A DNA stretch of 64,000 nucleotides, taken from Vitrella brassicaformis CCMP3155 (Eukaryota > Protista > Chromerida). The stretch lies in NCBI GenBank assembly GCA_001179505.1, contig CDMY01000395.1:1-64000 (forward strand), given 5' to 3'. Positions 11,442 to 26,459 of the stretch are shown here, piece after piece. Made by a program: the position numbers and the translations under genes. How positions within the stretch are numbered: position 1 is the first letter of the stretch; each line of letters opens with the position of its first letter. Below the pieces are notes generated by a model, which saw only the letters and a program-made list of their open reading frames with translations, made no database searches and was not told the DNA's origin.

Positions 11442-13845
11442 CTGAAGACGACTGACTGATTCATTGCTGCATCTCTGGCGGCCCCCTGATTGGTTGAGAG
11501 AGGGAGAGACGTCTGGTGGTCGGTATCTTTGCCTTGTCTGCGTGATGAGGATTTGCGTGGCGGTGTGGAGTGCACATGACTCCGGTGGTTCGAAATTCTA
11601 TGGTTAAGACACACGTACACATACACACACAGGTGTGCAAGTCACGCGCACTCATGGACATCATGGCAGAAGTCAGCGAATGAATGCAGTGAGTGGCGTC
11701 ATGGCATGACCGTGGATGTGATGTGCACACACAGTCAGTCAGTCATTCAGTCGGGTGTGCTCTCTTGACGGCACTCCTCACCAGAAATAGAGAAATGCCA
11801 CACAGACAGACAGCCGACCAGGCAGACAGACAGCTAGGCAGCCAGGTGGGTACCTTGGCTACGATATATGGTATAGTACATGTCAGTCAGCACCAGCAGC
11901 AGCAGGCGTCCATCCATCCATCCATCCATCCATCCATGTGTGTGTGTGTGTGCCTAGCACCGTGCTCTCGCGTCGGTTGTGATGGTGGGACAGGCGGCCA
12001 TGCAGTCAGGCAAGCAAGCAGGCAGGCAGGCAGGCAGGAAGGCAAAAGGCGAAGAAAAGCGGAGAAAGGCAGAAAGGCAGGGAACCACGTCACACACACA
12101 CACAGGGAAATATCATCCTTCAGTTAGCCATAGCTATTGAACTGAAGGCGGAAACTCTGACACTCTCAATCCCCCCCCCAACACACACACACACATGGCG
12201 GCCGAAACAGGGGGCCGGGACGGGACGGGACGGTACTGACTCACAGACGGACGACAAATGAGGGACAGTACCATTCCACACACACACATGCAGTGCCTCT
12301 CTTGTTTGTCTGTCTCGTCCATGGGTGGCCAGAACTACACAGACGGCGGGCGGACGACCACAGACCCTCACCTCCCCACAGACACACACACACACACACA
12401 CACAGCGCCCCGACCCACCTCTCCCCAGCGACCCGACCCGTGTGCATGAAGGAGTTCACGAATTGGTCTCGTCTGGTGGTGGACGTGCGTGTGCGTGCGA
12501 TTCAGCGGCCCCTTGCGCTAACGATGCGCTTCTAAATACAGACGGGGCAGACGAACCACGACACACAAGCATCCTCCACACACATGCAGCGGTTAGAACA
12601 AATAGCGGCTGTCGGGACTGGGGAGTGGATGAGTGGATGAGGTCTCTCTGTCTCTGTCTCTCTCTCTCAGGGAGGGGGCACTGCCCGTCACTCCACCGAG
12701 GTCGCTGCACCCCCTGACCCAGCATGCAGCTGTCGTCGCTCTACCGCACTGTATGTGTGGAGACACGTACACATAGATAGGATAGCACATAGATATGTAT
12801 GCAGCTGTCTGTACAGACACCGATCATCGCATCGCATAGCACCCTACTAGTTCGCCGCATCCACTAGCCTTACCTATCACCTGTCTAGCTATTCGATCTG
12901 TCTATTGCTCGCAGTTCCTCCCTCCTCCCCCGCCGTGCTTTATTCAAAAACGGGGCAAAAGCTCTCCAGCACGCACCCAGGCACCACCCCCCCACCCAAC
13001 CGCCCCACATTCACACAGACGGATATACATCATCCTTTCATCAGCACACACACACACACACATGGGCAGAGATAAGATAGGATAGGATAGACGGCGTCGG
13101 GTAGCGGAGCGGCAGGGATCATCAGCCACGAGAACGTGGGCTGGAAACTCGCCCTCGCTTGCACGGCTCTGCTCGCTTTCTGTCGCTGTCCACGTGAGCA
13201 GTAAGGCGTTGAGGTCCTCCACTTCACGAGGCATCATGACCAGTGTCACGTCATGATGTCTGTTGAAGCAGTCCGCCCCAACGCGGTGCTGCGCACCGAC
13301 AAGACAGCAAAGAAGGCACCACAGAGCCAAGTCACATCACTCTCTGGTCTGTCTCGCCGCAAGCAAGTAGCGCAAACTCCCCTATCCATCCACACACCCA
13401 CACCCTCACGTACGCTCACACAAATATGCTCGTCTGTCTGTCATCTCACTGACGTGACGACTGGCAGGTGCAAAACTCTGCAAAGTCTGTCTGACCTGGG
13501 AACGGCTGAAAGGGATGTCGCGTCGATCGATGAGCAAAACCGACAGACACGGACACAGACACAAGACACAGACACGGGGAAAAAGAGAGGGAGAGACGGG
13601 CACTCTGGACATGCACATAGACACACCGGAGACGGCTGCCTTCGAAAATCAGACACGCACTTGCCTTCTCTCTCACCCTCTCTGATCTCCTCTGCTCTCG
13701 GTTCAAAAGACCGCCACACAGCCGTTCTCATCCATGGAACTCCACTCCAAAACACACCACACCCCCACACACCCGACACACAGCCTCACTCACTCACAGA
13801 GCCTCTGCTGGCCCGGAGCACCTCATAAGGCATCATCAGGAACGA

Positions 13846-16586
<2,741 letters not shown>

Positions 16587-16832
16587 GGCCTTCACAGAAC
16601 AGAGCACCACCCAGGCTGCTTGGATGGCTGCACGGCGATAGTGCCGACCGACGAGATGCTTGTTGAAAGGGAAAAATCGCCAATGGGAAAAATGAAAACA
16701 GCAAGTGAGTGAGTGAAGAAACCGGTGTGACGATGAGGCAAAGGAAGGGGGAAGAGCAGCCTGCGAGATCTGCTGCGAGCTTAGAATGCAGCTCAGCTCG
16801 CAGATTTCCCCTGCCACAGATCTCGTCTCAGA

Positions 16833-17278
16833 ATGAAGCTCCTGGCGTCCCTCCTCGTCTCTTCACTGGGTGTCGTCATATCTGTCGCCTCGAACACCCG
16901 TCCTTTCCCACCATCCCGTCCCCTCGCCCCTCGCTCTCTCCGCGCCGTCGGCTTCATCCTGCTGCCACCACTGTCCTCACCATCATCACCGCGATCACCG
17001 TCTGTGTCAGTTTCCGACGGTGGCATCACGTCGCTGGAGGCGGTGCCGAAGAAGAAGACCAGCAGGTCCAGGCGCGACAAGCGAAGGAAGCAGTGGTACA
17101 AGCTGCCCACCATGGCAAGGAACAAGGGGTGGATTGAGCCGGTGAGTGCACAGGCAAGGAGATCTATCTGGTCATGGGAGCTGTGGAATCATTGTGTTTC
17201 GGGTGTTGGCTGTGGTGTGTGCAGGACACGAAGAGCAACATCGAGCCTGGGTGGCTGGTGGCACCGCCAGCACAGTGA
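16833..17278 (+). CDS. rpl32: Plastid-targeted ribosomal protein bL32 with a bipartite leader
   Basis: AVPKKKTSRSRRDKRRKQW bL32 motif preceded by hydrophobic signal MKLLASLLVSSLGVVISVA and an S/P/R-rich transit-like segment; one intron 17142-17224. Confidence 0.85.
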
Positions 17279-17951
17279 TTTGCAATGGTGGGGGTGGTGC
17301 ATGGGATGGCATGGCTGCCTTGTCTTTCGGCAGCTCATATCCTGCCTCGGTGTGTATAGTCGATGTGATAAGAGAGAGAGATGAGCTTTAGGGCTTTTCA
17401 CTAGGCTGGCATTATGTGTGTGGTGGCGTGCTTGAACTGATGTATCTCTGCCGTTGTTGTCGTCGGTGTGGAGCCGTCGGTTCACATGCCGGTGGCTGCG
17501 TGCGGATGAGGGCGGGGGCAGAGATCCGTCAGAGGGAGCATGAGTGGAGTGTGTGTGCGGACCATACGGCAGCTGCCGCATGCCATGACCAGAGAGAAGG
17601 AAGGCTGATCTGTTTCTGTCGGTGTGCTTCGTGGTGATTCGTCCTGCGCGTATGTCAGCAGCTGCAGTGTCATCCACACAGAGCTGCTATGAACAAGGCG
17701 GCTCTGTGTCGATGGCCCTGGAGTTGGACACGTAGTGCAGTGGCGAATCTGCCTCACGCAATTGTGCCCTCTCGCTTAGACTGACAGATAGACGGACTGT
17801 GGACGGCTCGATGAGCCGAGTGTGACATGACCTTTCAATGTCGTTGCCCGTGTGTCCATCCGTCATTCGATTGATCACTCACAAGGGCGGCCCACACAGG
17901 CCATGAATCGACATGACTCTCCCTCACTGACTGCAGGCCTGTCTATCGTGT

Positions 17952-18714
17952 TCAAGACTGGAAGTGCTTCTTGTGCAGCCGCACCTGCTTGACCACCGGC
18001 CAGGCCGTCTTCTTGACGTCCACACACACGTACTGACCCTCAGACGTCTGAACGTCAACACACCACACACCAAAACACATTTGCACATGACAAACCTATG
18101 TGTGTGTGTGTGTGGGCAGGTATGTACCCTCGGGCAGGCGGTGAGCAGCGTCTTGACCTCCCGCTCGTCGATGGCGGAGTCGGTCAGCCGATCAGACAGC
18201 TCCTTGGCACTCAACTCCTCGCCACATCCATCCAACGCCTGACAGAGAGGGAGGCAGACATCAGGACTGCAGTTGTTGGGCTGTGTGTGGTGGCCAGCCT
18301 GCCTGTTCCAACTGGGATGCGAAGGCAGCGGCGGCTTCGTCTCCGATGCTGTCCACCTCCTGTGCACGCACACTATTCTCAAACGACAACATCGAACGGA
18401 TCACAACTGCACGCCGCACACGCACAGAGGAATCAGATAAGTGGAGGGATTGCTTGTGCGTTGGATGGGGCGTGTGTGAGACGGACCGACAGCACGGGGG
18501 ATGAAGTCTCCGTGCGACACACGGCCGTCGGGCTCCTGCAGGCACCCACACAGGCACACGAGTGCCATCAATTGTCTCGCCTTGCTGCGTCTGTCTGGCT
18601 GACCAGTGTGGCCTCGGACATGACGGTGTAGATCTGGAAGCGCGTGAGGCCGAGCTTGGCCGAGTGGATGAGGTCGATCATGTCGTCAGGGTCCAGCATA
18701 CCGCTCATCTGACC

Positions 18715-18751
<37 letters not shown>

Positions 18752-20851
18752 TTGAGACACACGCATGCATTGAGACACTTACCTCAGTGTCTCTTGATTC
18801 GAACAAGTCCTTAAGGAACTGCGCCAGCTCGTCCTGCTTCATCTCATTCTCCAACAGGCGCAGCGTCGCTGCACAAGAGACATAGACGAGGAGGGGGATG
18901 GCAGGATCCCCCCCCCCCCCACNNNNNNNNNNNNNNNNNNNNNNNNNNNNNNNNNNNNNNNNNNNNNNNNNNNNNNNNNNNNNNNNNNNNNNNNNNNNNN
19001 NNNNNNNNNNNNNNNNNNNNNNNNNNNNNNNNNNNNNNNNNNNNNNNNNNNNNNNNNNNNNNNNNNNNNNNNNNNNNNNNNNNNNNNNNNNNNNNNNNNN
19101 NNNNNNNNNNNNNNNNNNNNNNNNNNNNNNNNNNNNNNNNNNNNNNNNNNNNNNNNNNNNNNNNNNNNNNNNNNNNNNNNNNNNNNNNNNNNNNNNNNNN
19201 NNNNNNNNNNNNNNNNNNNNNNTCCCCCCCCCCCCCACACGTCACTTACTCACCGAGCTTGCGCAGCATGTCGTAGGCAAACGGCACGAACTCTGAACCC
19301 CACGGCGAAAGAGAAGCGCCTTCACTCATCCACTTTTTTTTGTGTCTGTACCGTTGTAGTTGATGGTGCCGTCGTTGTCTTGGTCGACCACCTGGAACAA
19401 CAGCGCGTTCAACTCACGACTGCACACAGACAGACACAGACACAAACAAATCCATCGCTGCAGACGGGCAAGAGAGACATGGAGGCGACCGGTTCAGCCC
19501 GAGCTCCATGCTGCACATGGTGTCGATGAACTCACTCCTGCACACAAGGGGAGAGAGGGACACATATTGAGAGGCACAGCAGCCAACACGTATCAAGCGA
19601 CGCTGACCTGGAAACGAATCCTTTGCCGTCCTTGTCAAACTCCTTGAACATCGTCATGATGGTCTCCGTCAACTCTTCCCTGTACGACACACACACACAC
19701 AGGGGAGCACAGAGACGCATACGTGCATCGTGGCACTTGTCATGTATATGTGCAGCCTCCGCTGTCTGTCTGTCTGCCTCTCTGTCTTTCTGTCTGCCTG
19801 TCTCACTTGGTCATGCCGTGCACCAAGAACTCTTCGGCCTCCTTCTCAGCCACCTGCATCTCCTGAAAACAACACACACAACCACCACCTTTCCTTCTTC
19901 TTCCGGTGGAGCTCAGCTCCCGACCGTCTGTCTCCCACTGCTCTGCTCTCGCCCACCCGTTCGGTCTCTCCCTTGGCGTACATGGCCTCGACGATCTGCA
20001 TGGCCAGCGGGATGAACTCCTTGTAGTCCACCTTGCCGTTCTGATCCATGTCAGCCTCGGCCAAAAACCTGCAGACAGACAGACAGACAGACACCCACAC
20101 ACGACGGTCCGTGCGTGCCCCTGCGAACAACCGTACCGCAGCACTTCGTCTTCGGGGAAGGCGAGCTTCTTCTGCAGGCTGTGCATCAGCTGCATCATGG
20201 GTCATTGACATACACACACACTGTACAGAGAGACTTACTGTTCCGCAGACATCGATGGAGAGAGAAGGCTGCCCCTGTGCCGGACTCACCTCTTTGAACT
20301 CGCTCTTGTCAAGGTATCCGCTGCCGTCCTTGTCATATGCCTGGAAGAGCCCCTCAATCATGGCCTTGACCTCCGCTATCGACCACACCTTCGACTTCTC
20401 CTCGCCCTCACCCTCACCCTCACCCTCACCCTCAGCCTCAGCCTCACGAGGGGGAGGGGCCTCCCCCTTCTCTCTCTCAGCATGCTCTGCCTCCTCCTCT
20501 CTCTCGGCAGGTGGACCAGGCGCCTCTGCAGCGGCCGGGGCCTGCCGCTCCTCTGCCGATTCAGCGCCTTTTGCAACGCCCGGTGGACCAGCGTAGCCGC
20601 CCTCTACAACGACGTCAGGCAGCCCCTGGACACATCATGAGACCAGATGGGGCGTCTCAGACTCATTCAGCTGGACAGATGGATGGGCGTCTTTGATTGT
20701 TTGTCCTGACCTTTGCCTTTCTGTCGAAGTATTCCGCTGCGAACTGGTAGATGTCATCGGGCTGGTTACGGAGGACCTCTCGCGTGAACCCCTTGAGCAC
20801 CTCGGGCAGGCCATGGGGGATCTCAAACTGCTTGGCGTACTTGCTGAACAT
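17952..20851 (-). CDS. RIIa docking-domain plus multiple EF-hand protein (radial spoke RSP7-like)
   Basis: N-terminal [32 protein letters not shown] (RIIa); EF loops [48 protein letters not shown]; exons splice in frame across the gap. Confidence 0.8.
18923..19221. other. Assembly gap (299 N) inside an intron, flanked by poly-C runs
   Basis: Run of N with C homopolymers on both sides; the flanking exons join in frame (LRKL-ATLRL). Confidence 0.97.
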
Positions 20852-21268
20852 CCTGACGACGGCTCAGCACCGCGCGGAGAGCGGCTCGAGAGGGCGCCCC
20901 CCGTCTGCATGCATGCGCGTGCGAGCTCAAAGTCACCGATCCCCATAGCGGGGAAGAAAGGCGAAGGAAAGTATCCTGGGTAGGCAATGAAAGAAGGAGC
21001 ACGCAGATCTGGGAGTCATCCTTGTTTTTTTGCATCTGGTTTTGTGTGCACCTGCAGAGGTCTGAGAGATATCCCGCCGCAGGCTGGGTGACCCGGAGGG
21101 CAGGAGCAGCATTACGCCATCTCCAATGGCCTTGTCCGAGGCAGTAGGACGTAAAAAAAGCGGTATCGAGCCCCTGCGGCTGTTGCGGACGTTCTCCTCC
21201 TACGTCCCATTTCTTCGAGCCGCTCTGGCTATCGGTCGACGTCGTGTTCCGTTCTCTCTCGGCTGTTA

Positions 21269-23280
21269 ATGACCGCTGCGTCCCGGTCACTTTGCACGGC
21301 CTTGCTCTTTCTCGCCTTTGCCGCAGCCTCCCCGTCAGACGCACCAGCCCTCGTGGGGACTACGTCGGCATCGTGAACAGTGGGGCGACGTGCAGCATGA
21401 CCAGCGTCCTGCAGTCGTTGTACCACATCGGCAAACTCACCGACGCCATCTATCGCATGACGAATGAGGAAGACGTGGAGGTGAGCGGTGACTGACCCAT
21501 TCGTCCATCCATCCATCCATCCTGCACTCACCCTCTCTCTGTGTGTGTTGTGCATATGGGAGGGGAACACGCCTTCTCTGGCTTTGGCGGTGCAGACGGT
21601 ATTCTACCACCTACACGAGTCCCACCAGGCCGTCGACATCAACCCACTCATCAAGTACACACACACACACACACAGACAGACAGAGAGAGAGAGAGAGAT
21701 ACAGAGCGATGAGGTGATACATGTGTGTGTGCGTTGGTGCGGGCCGCTTGGTTGGGATTCAGAGGCCTTCCCGCAGTACGATGCCCAGGAGCTGACCAGA
21801 CTCCTGTGCGACGAACTCGAAGAGCAAATGAAGGTCCGTCCATGCGTTGCGTCTTGAGGTCAATGCACACCCACATCAGTGCCGGTGGCTTGTGTGGTGT
21901 GTCGTATCTGTCAGGGTACCTCTGTTGAAGGCACCATCGCCCGTCTCTTCGAGGGCGAGCTCGAGACTTATGTGTCCTGCACTGAGGTCGACTACACAAC
22001 AAAAAAGACGGAACAGTTCCCCGACATTACGGTAACCCTTTTCCCTCACCCGCCCCACACACACGTCCCCACACACACACACTCATGTGCCAATGTGTGT
22101 GCTCCGTCTGTGTGCAGTTGGATGTGTTTGGTTGTTCCAGCTTAGAGGCGTCGCTGCGATACTACACACGGGAGGATCTGCTCGTGGGCCAGAATCAGTT
22201 CTGGACCGAGCACTTCGGCCCGCAGAACGCCAAGAAGGGCGTGCGCTTCCTCAAGTTCCCACCTGTGATGCGCTTCCATCTCAAACGGATCCGGGTATGC
22301 AGAGAGAGAGACAGACCCCCAGCGCTCAAATGATTCGCGTTACATGGGTATTATCAGTTTGATATGGAGCGCATGGACAATGTCAAGGTCAACGACCGTT
22401 TCGAGTTCCCCGAGACGCTCGACCTCGAGCCGTTCTGCCAGGGCGCCGGCACATACATCCTCCACACGGTCATCGTCCACCGAGGTGGGTACAAAATCCA
22501 CCCACACACACAGAAAGAGAAAGACGGCAGACACGGCCTCTTTCCCCGTCGGTGTGAATGGATTGTCAGGTGGGCTTGACAGCGGCCACTTCTACTGCTT
22601 CATCCGCCCGACCCCCGGCAGCCAGTGGATCCGTTTCGACGACCACATCGTCTACTCGACGTCGACTGTGGCGGCCATCGACGAGAACTTCGGCGGGGGG
22701 GGCGACGAGCGGCGCGGCAGCGCCTACATACTCGTGTATGTCAAGGAGAGTGAGGCGCAGGACATACTCTACCAACCTGACCCCAAACAGGTGGGTACCT
22801 TGGCACGGAGGGAGACATATGTGTGTGTCTGTGTGGTTATATGGGTGTATGGGTGTGTGTCTGTGTGTCCGTGTTGTCAGGTGAATCCGGAGCTGGTCGA
22901 GCGCATGCAGCGTGACGAAGAGGAAAACCTGAAGCGCCTTTGACTCAGAGAGGAAGTCGCAAACAGCATGAGGTCCGTCCGTCAGCACCCACGATTCCAC
23001 CGACACACCCTTTGATATCTGTACCTTCTTCACCTGCTGCAGTGCAGGATTCGTCACTGAATGAGGACAACATTGCCATGGCAACCGCCACTCTTAAACC
23101 ACACTGAATGAAGGATGCCCAAATCGACGGTTATCTGGAGCTGATTGTCGCCGGCACCTGGCACGGGGGGCTCGGCGTGGATCCAGATGGTTGGTTGCTT
23201 GATGCCTCTCGTCTTTGGCAAGCCCGCCGAAGGGCTAGTGGGCCTGCCAAAGACGACTGGTAGCTCTGCTCTGCGAAACG
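21269..23280 (+). pseudogene. Degenerate or truncated USP7/UBP15-like ubiquitin-specific protease (catalytic domain 21269-22943 plus decayed downstream remnant)
   Basis: Cys box GIVNSGATCSMTS, QYDAQE, KVNDRFEFPE, His box GHFYCF, FDD; one acceptor reads CGG rather than CAG; TGA at 22941-22943 followed by USP7-like LREEVANSM and broken UBL1-like sequence. Confidence 0.6.
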
Positions 23281-24059
23281 ACGTCAATTCACCTGGCAGT
23301 ATATGGCTGGGCTGGCTTGCCGCTTGCCTGCCTGGGTGGCCTATTGTTTATCAGAGAGCCTGTCTGTGTGTGCATGCAATGGAAGCCGCGTATGTGGTTG
23401 GTGGGTGTGGAATTGTGTTGCTGTGATGGCTCACGTGGCTGGTGGCTTCATAGCTGGGCTGGCTTCAATTACATTGCATGGCCTGCTCTTCGTCCGGGGG
23501 TTTGTGTGTTCGTCACACAAGACTCGTGTGAATGCTGATCTCTCTTTTTCGTGCCCTGCGTGATCTGTGCCTTGCGTCGCGTGCCGTGTCTCACTCATGT
23601 ACTGCTGACAGTGGTTGTTACATTTTTGGTGCTCCGCTCTGTGTGCGAATAGCGTGTGGGTGGGTTGGGGGACACCAGGGCGAGTCAGGCTCAGATGTGG
23701 CATGTGATGCGGAAGCGAGACACAAGGAATCCATTTATTGGATTCATTATAAGTGAATCCAGTCTCTCGCATCCACGGCAACCAACGTCATACCCACTGT
23801 CTGCCCGCCTCTTGTATGTTAATCTGTCTCTTGGGGTGTCGTGCGCCCAGTTGCAACGAACACCAGCACAGACAATAACAAATAACAGATAACACTAAGG
23901 CTGACTGCACGGCCGACCTCAGGTCCCTGTGAGAGACACAGTCCCTTCCCCTCTCAGCCCGTCGCCTTTTTGGAGCAGTGAGCACGAAGCATGACACACC
24001 CACCCAGCGGCACTCACCCTAGCTATGAATATGCAGATGACACACGGCAGCCGCGAGAG

Positions 24060-25020
24060 GGTCACCAGTGCACTCACGTACACAAGCAAATCACTCAGGC
24101 GAACTGACGGACAAATGATGTGTACAGTACACGGCTCTTCCCCCGCACATGCACGTGGACGCCTCTCTGCTCGACCCCCTCGCTCTCATCGGCGTCGCTC
24201 AAAGAAGATTGTGAAGAGCGCAACCAGAGGTTGCACTAGACTGCAAGGGGACTCGCAATAGTACCTTCCCACGATTCTTTGAACGATTCTGTCTGCCTGC
24301 TGTCTTGCCTTTCCGTACCTCTCGTCTCAGTGTCTTGCCTTTCCGTACCTCTCATTTTTGGTATCCCTCTTGTCGTACGTGCTGTTGTGTCTCTGTGTGT
24401 CTCTGTGTGTCTCGGATGGTGTCGTGCGGGAACAAAGATGTAGCACGTGATGCGGTATGTGAGACATCAGAGATTCATTCATCGCTCGCTTTGTTGATAA
24501 GTCTACTCTCGCCCTAGGGCAAGAAATCCAACAACGCAGCAGATGAGACGCAGATCAGTGAAGGATCGACGCACGCAGCAAATCACTCAACCCCACCAAA
24601 CCACACAATTTGGCGGCAGTGTACCAACAGAAAGAACGATCTGCACTGGCCAAAGTACGGCTAAAAATCACTCTCTGTGCCACAGTCAGTCTGCCTTTCT
24701 GGCCACGATCCGTCCGGTTATCACAAACACATAACACATAATTAAGGAGTGAGCAGCTCAAAGAACACGTGTCCCATCACCCCTCCCTCCCTCTGACCAT
24801 AACTCAACTCATCTTCCCCTCTCTGTCTGTCTGTTGTCCATTTCGACCAGACCAGCCAGAGACCATTACACGCGTACGCCACGACACCCATTCGCCCGCC
24901 CGCCCTCCGGCACAGCAGTGTACAAACTCAAGCAAATCACTAAGTTGAACCAAGGACAGATGACGTGCTCATAAGTACACGGCGCAACTCGCACATGTAC
25001 GCCTCTCTGCCTCTCTGCAA
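24060..25020. repeat. Degenerate direct repeats (about 100 bp) sharing the core AGCAAATCACT
   Basis: Core at 24085, 24577 and 24931; the 24065-24170 and 24915-25015 copies align over AGTACACGGC...CGCACATG...ACGCCTCTCTGC. Confidence 0.6.
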
Positions 25021-25041
25021 TCGATATGTAAGGATCGATCC

Positions 25042-25696
25042 CTACGATCCTGTCGAGGGATAAGCTGTGAAGAAACCGCTCGTACCACTCTCCGGGCAAG
25101 TCTCTATCTCAATCGGGCACTGGTACGTCCCCTCGATTTTAGTGGAGTCAGAAGATCGGAGTATGCCCATGTAGGTACACCCACAATCGTAGCGAAGGAA
25201 GTAGTACGCGTAGTCATCCCCGTCTGCAGGATCAGCGACCCGGCCCACCCCCACGGAGAAACTGTCGACCGAAAGCAAAAAACAAACAGCATTCTCCCCG
25301 CCAGTGCTTTGTGCATGTCTTGTCTATCTGTGTGCCTAGCCTGCCCGTGGCTACCTGGTGTCCTGACTCTCCCTCTGGCACGTGTAGAGATGCTCTTGAT
25401 CCGGCAGGGTACTGCCGAACGTGCAAGTGACGTTCCCCAAACCTTCGCCGAGGTACTCCTCCTCCATGGTGAAGGTTTGTCCGAGAAAGGGGTCTTGTTC
25501 CGCTTGCGCAGTGTCAGTCTGCACGCAGACCCATAGACACACACACAGATTCATCGGACCAGCACAGCAAGAGAGGGAGTGGCTGATTCCCTACAGTCGG
25601 GGGGATGGCCGCCACGCGTACGCGGAAGTTCTCTGCCGTGCTGGGAACAATAGCACCGGCCAGGAGGGCACCGACGACGCACAGAAGAAGCTTCAT
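25042..25696 (-). CDS. Small secreted cysteine-containing protein of unknown function
   Basis: Signal peptide MKLLLCVVGALLAGAIVPSTA; 3 exons in frame; 6 Cys in the mature part, beta-strand-like composition. Confidence 0.75.
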
Positions 25697-26459
25697 CGTC
25701 GATCTTCTTGCTTGAGAGGACGAGGGCACACAGATCTCGGTTTGTGTGGGCACCGGTACAGCGCTGTTAACGACGGCCAGGATGGTGGCTGGGTTGTGTA
25801 TGCTGCTGAGCTGACGAGACTGCTGCCATGCAGATATCGAGAGCCACGTTGTACCAAGTCGCTCTGTCCGGCGATCGATTGCCCTCCTCCCCCCGGGGCA
25901 ACAAAATCAGCATCTCACCTCTCTCTGTCTTCCTCTGCCCGCCCCTCCCCAACCATCGCACATGTCATCATTACGTCAGCAGGTAATGCAATAGGTACAA
26001 AAAGGACCATGAGCACAGGCCGGGAGGCAGCTGGCTAACCACAGGCAGCATACACACACATGCATCTGCATGTCTGTACGCTGCCGTGCATGAGGGAAAC
26101 AATCACTACCGATCGGTCGGTCCGTCACTCCTCCATTCTTTACACACACAACACCCGTTAACCCCCGCCCGTCCAGCAAAGTCGACACAACGACCGCACA
26201 TCACACTGCCAAAACCCCACCTGCCGCCATCGATGAGAGGCCATCCATTTCTTCTTTCCTTGATCTCTGTCTCCTCTGTCTCCTTCCTCCCAGCCGACAG
26301 ATAGACACCCCCTACGTATGGACCGACCTGCTGGCTGACTGCATCAGACAGACAAAGGGCAATGAATGACTGAATGAAAACTCACACATACACATACACA
26401 ATACACACAGAGCGGCATCCAGCCGGACTTTGCCAACAGTGGGCTTGGCCCGCTCGCTG

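Noticed and set aside
11567-11600. tRNA-like hairpin GGAGT-GCACATG-ACTCC followed by GGTTCGAA
   Set aside because: No T-stem pairing, no U33, and no D-arm or acceptor stem
16793-17125. Minus-strand ORF as a possible first exon of CDC48
   Set aside because: It overlaps the better-supported rpl32 on the plus strand, and CDC48 has its own plausible leader from 16586
18705-19296. ORFs spanning the N run
   Set aside because: Artefacts of translating the assembly gap
21333-21346. 14-nt GT...AG segment that would fuse the signal peptide to the USP domain
   Set aside because: Far shorter than any other intron seen in this window
22941-22943. In-frame TGA as possible selenocysteine or genetic-code reassignment
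   Set aside because: Not at a Cys-equivalent position, no SECIS recognised, TGA is the normal stop in many neighbouring genes, and the downstream sequence is also broken
23425-23510. MAHVAGGFIAG resembling the rhomboid AHxGG motif
   Set aside because: No other rhomboid motifs or exon structure; lies in low-complexity intergenic DNA
24301-24353. 30-bp-period duplication TGTCTTGCCTTTCCGTACCTCTC x2
   Set aside because: Simple local slippage duplication with no further structure
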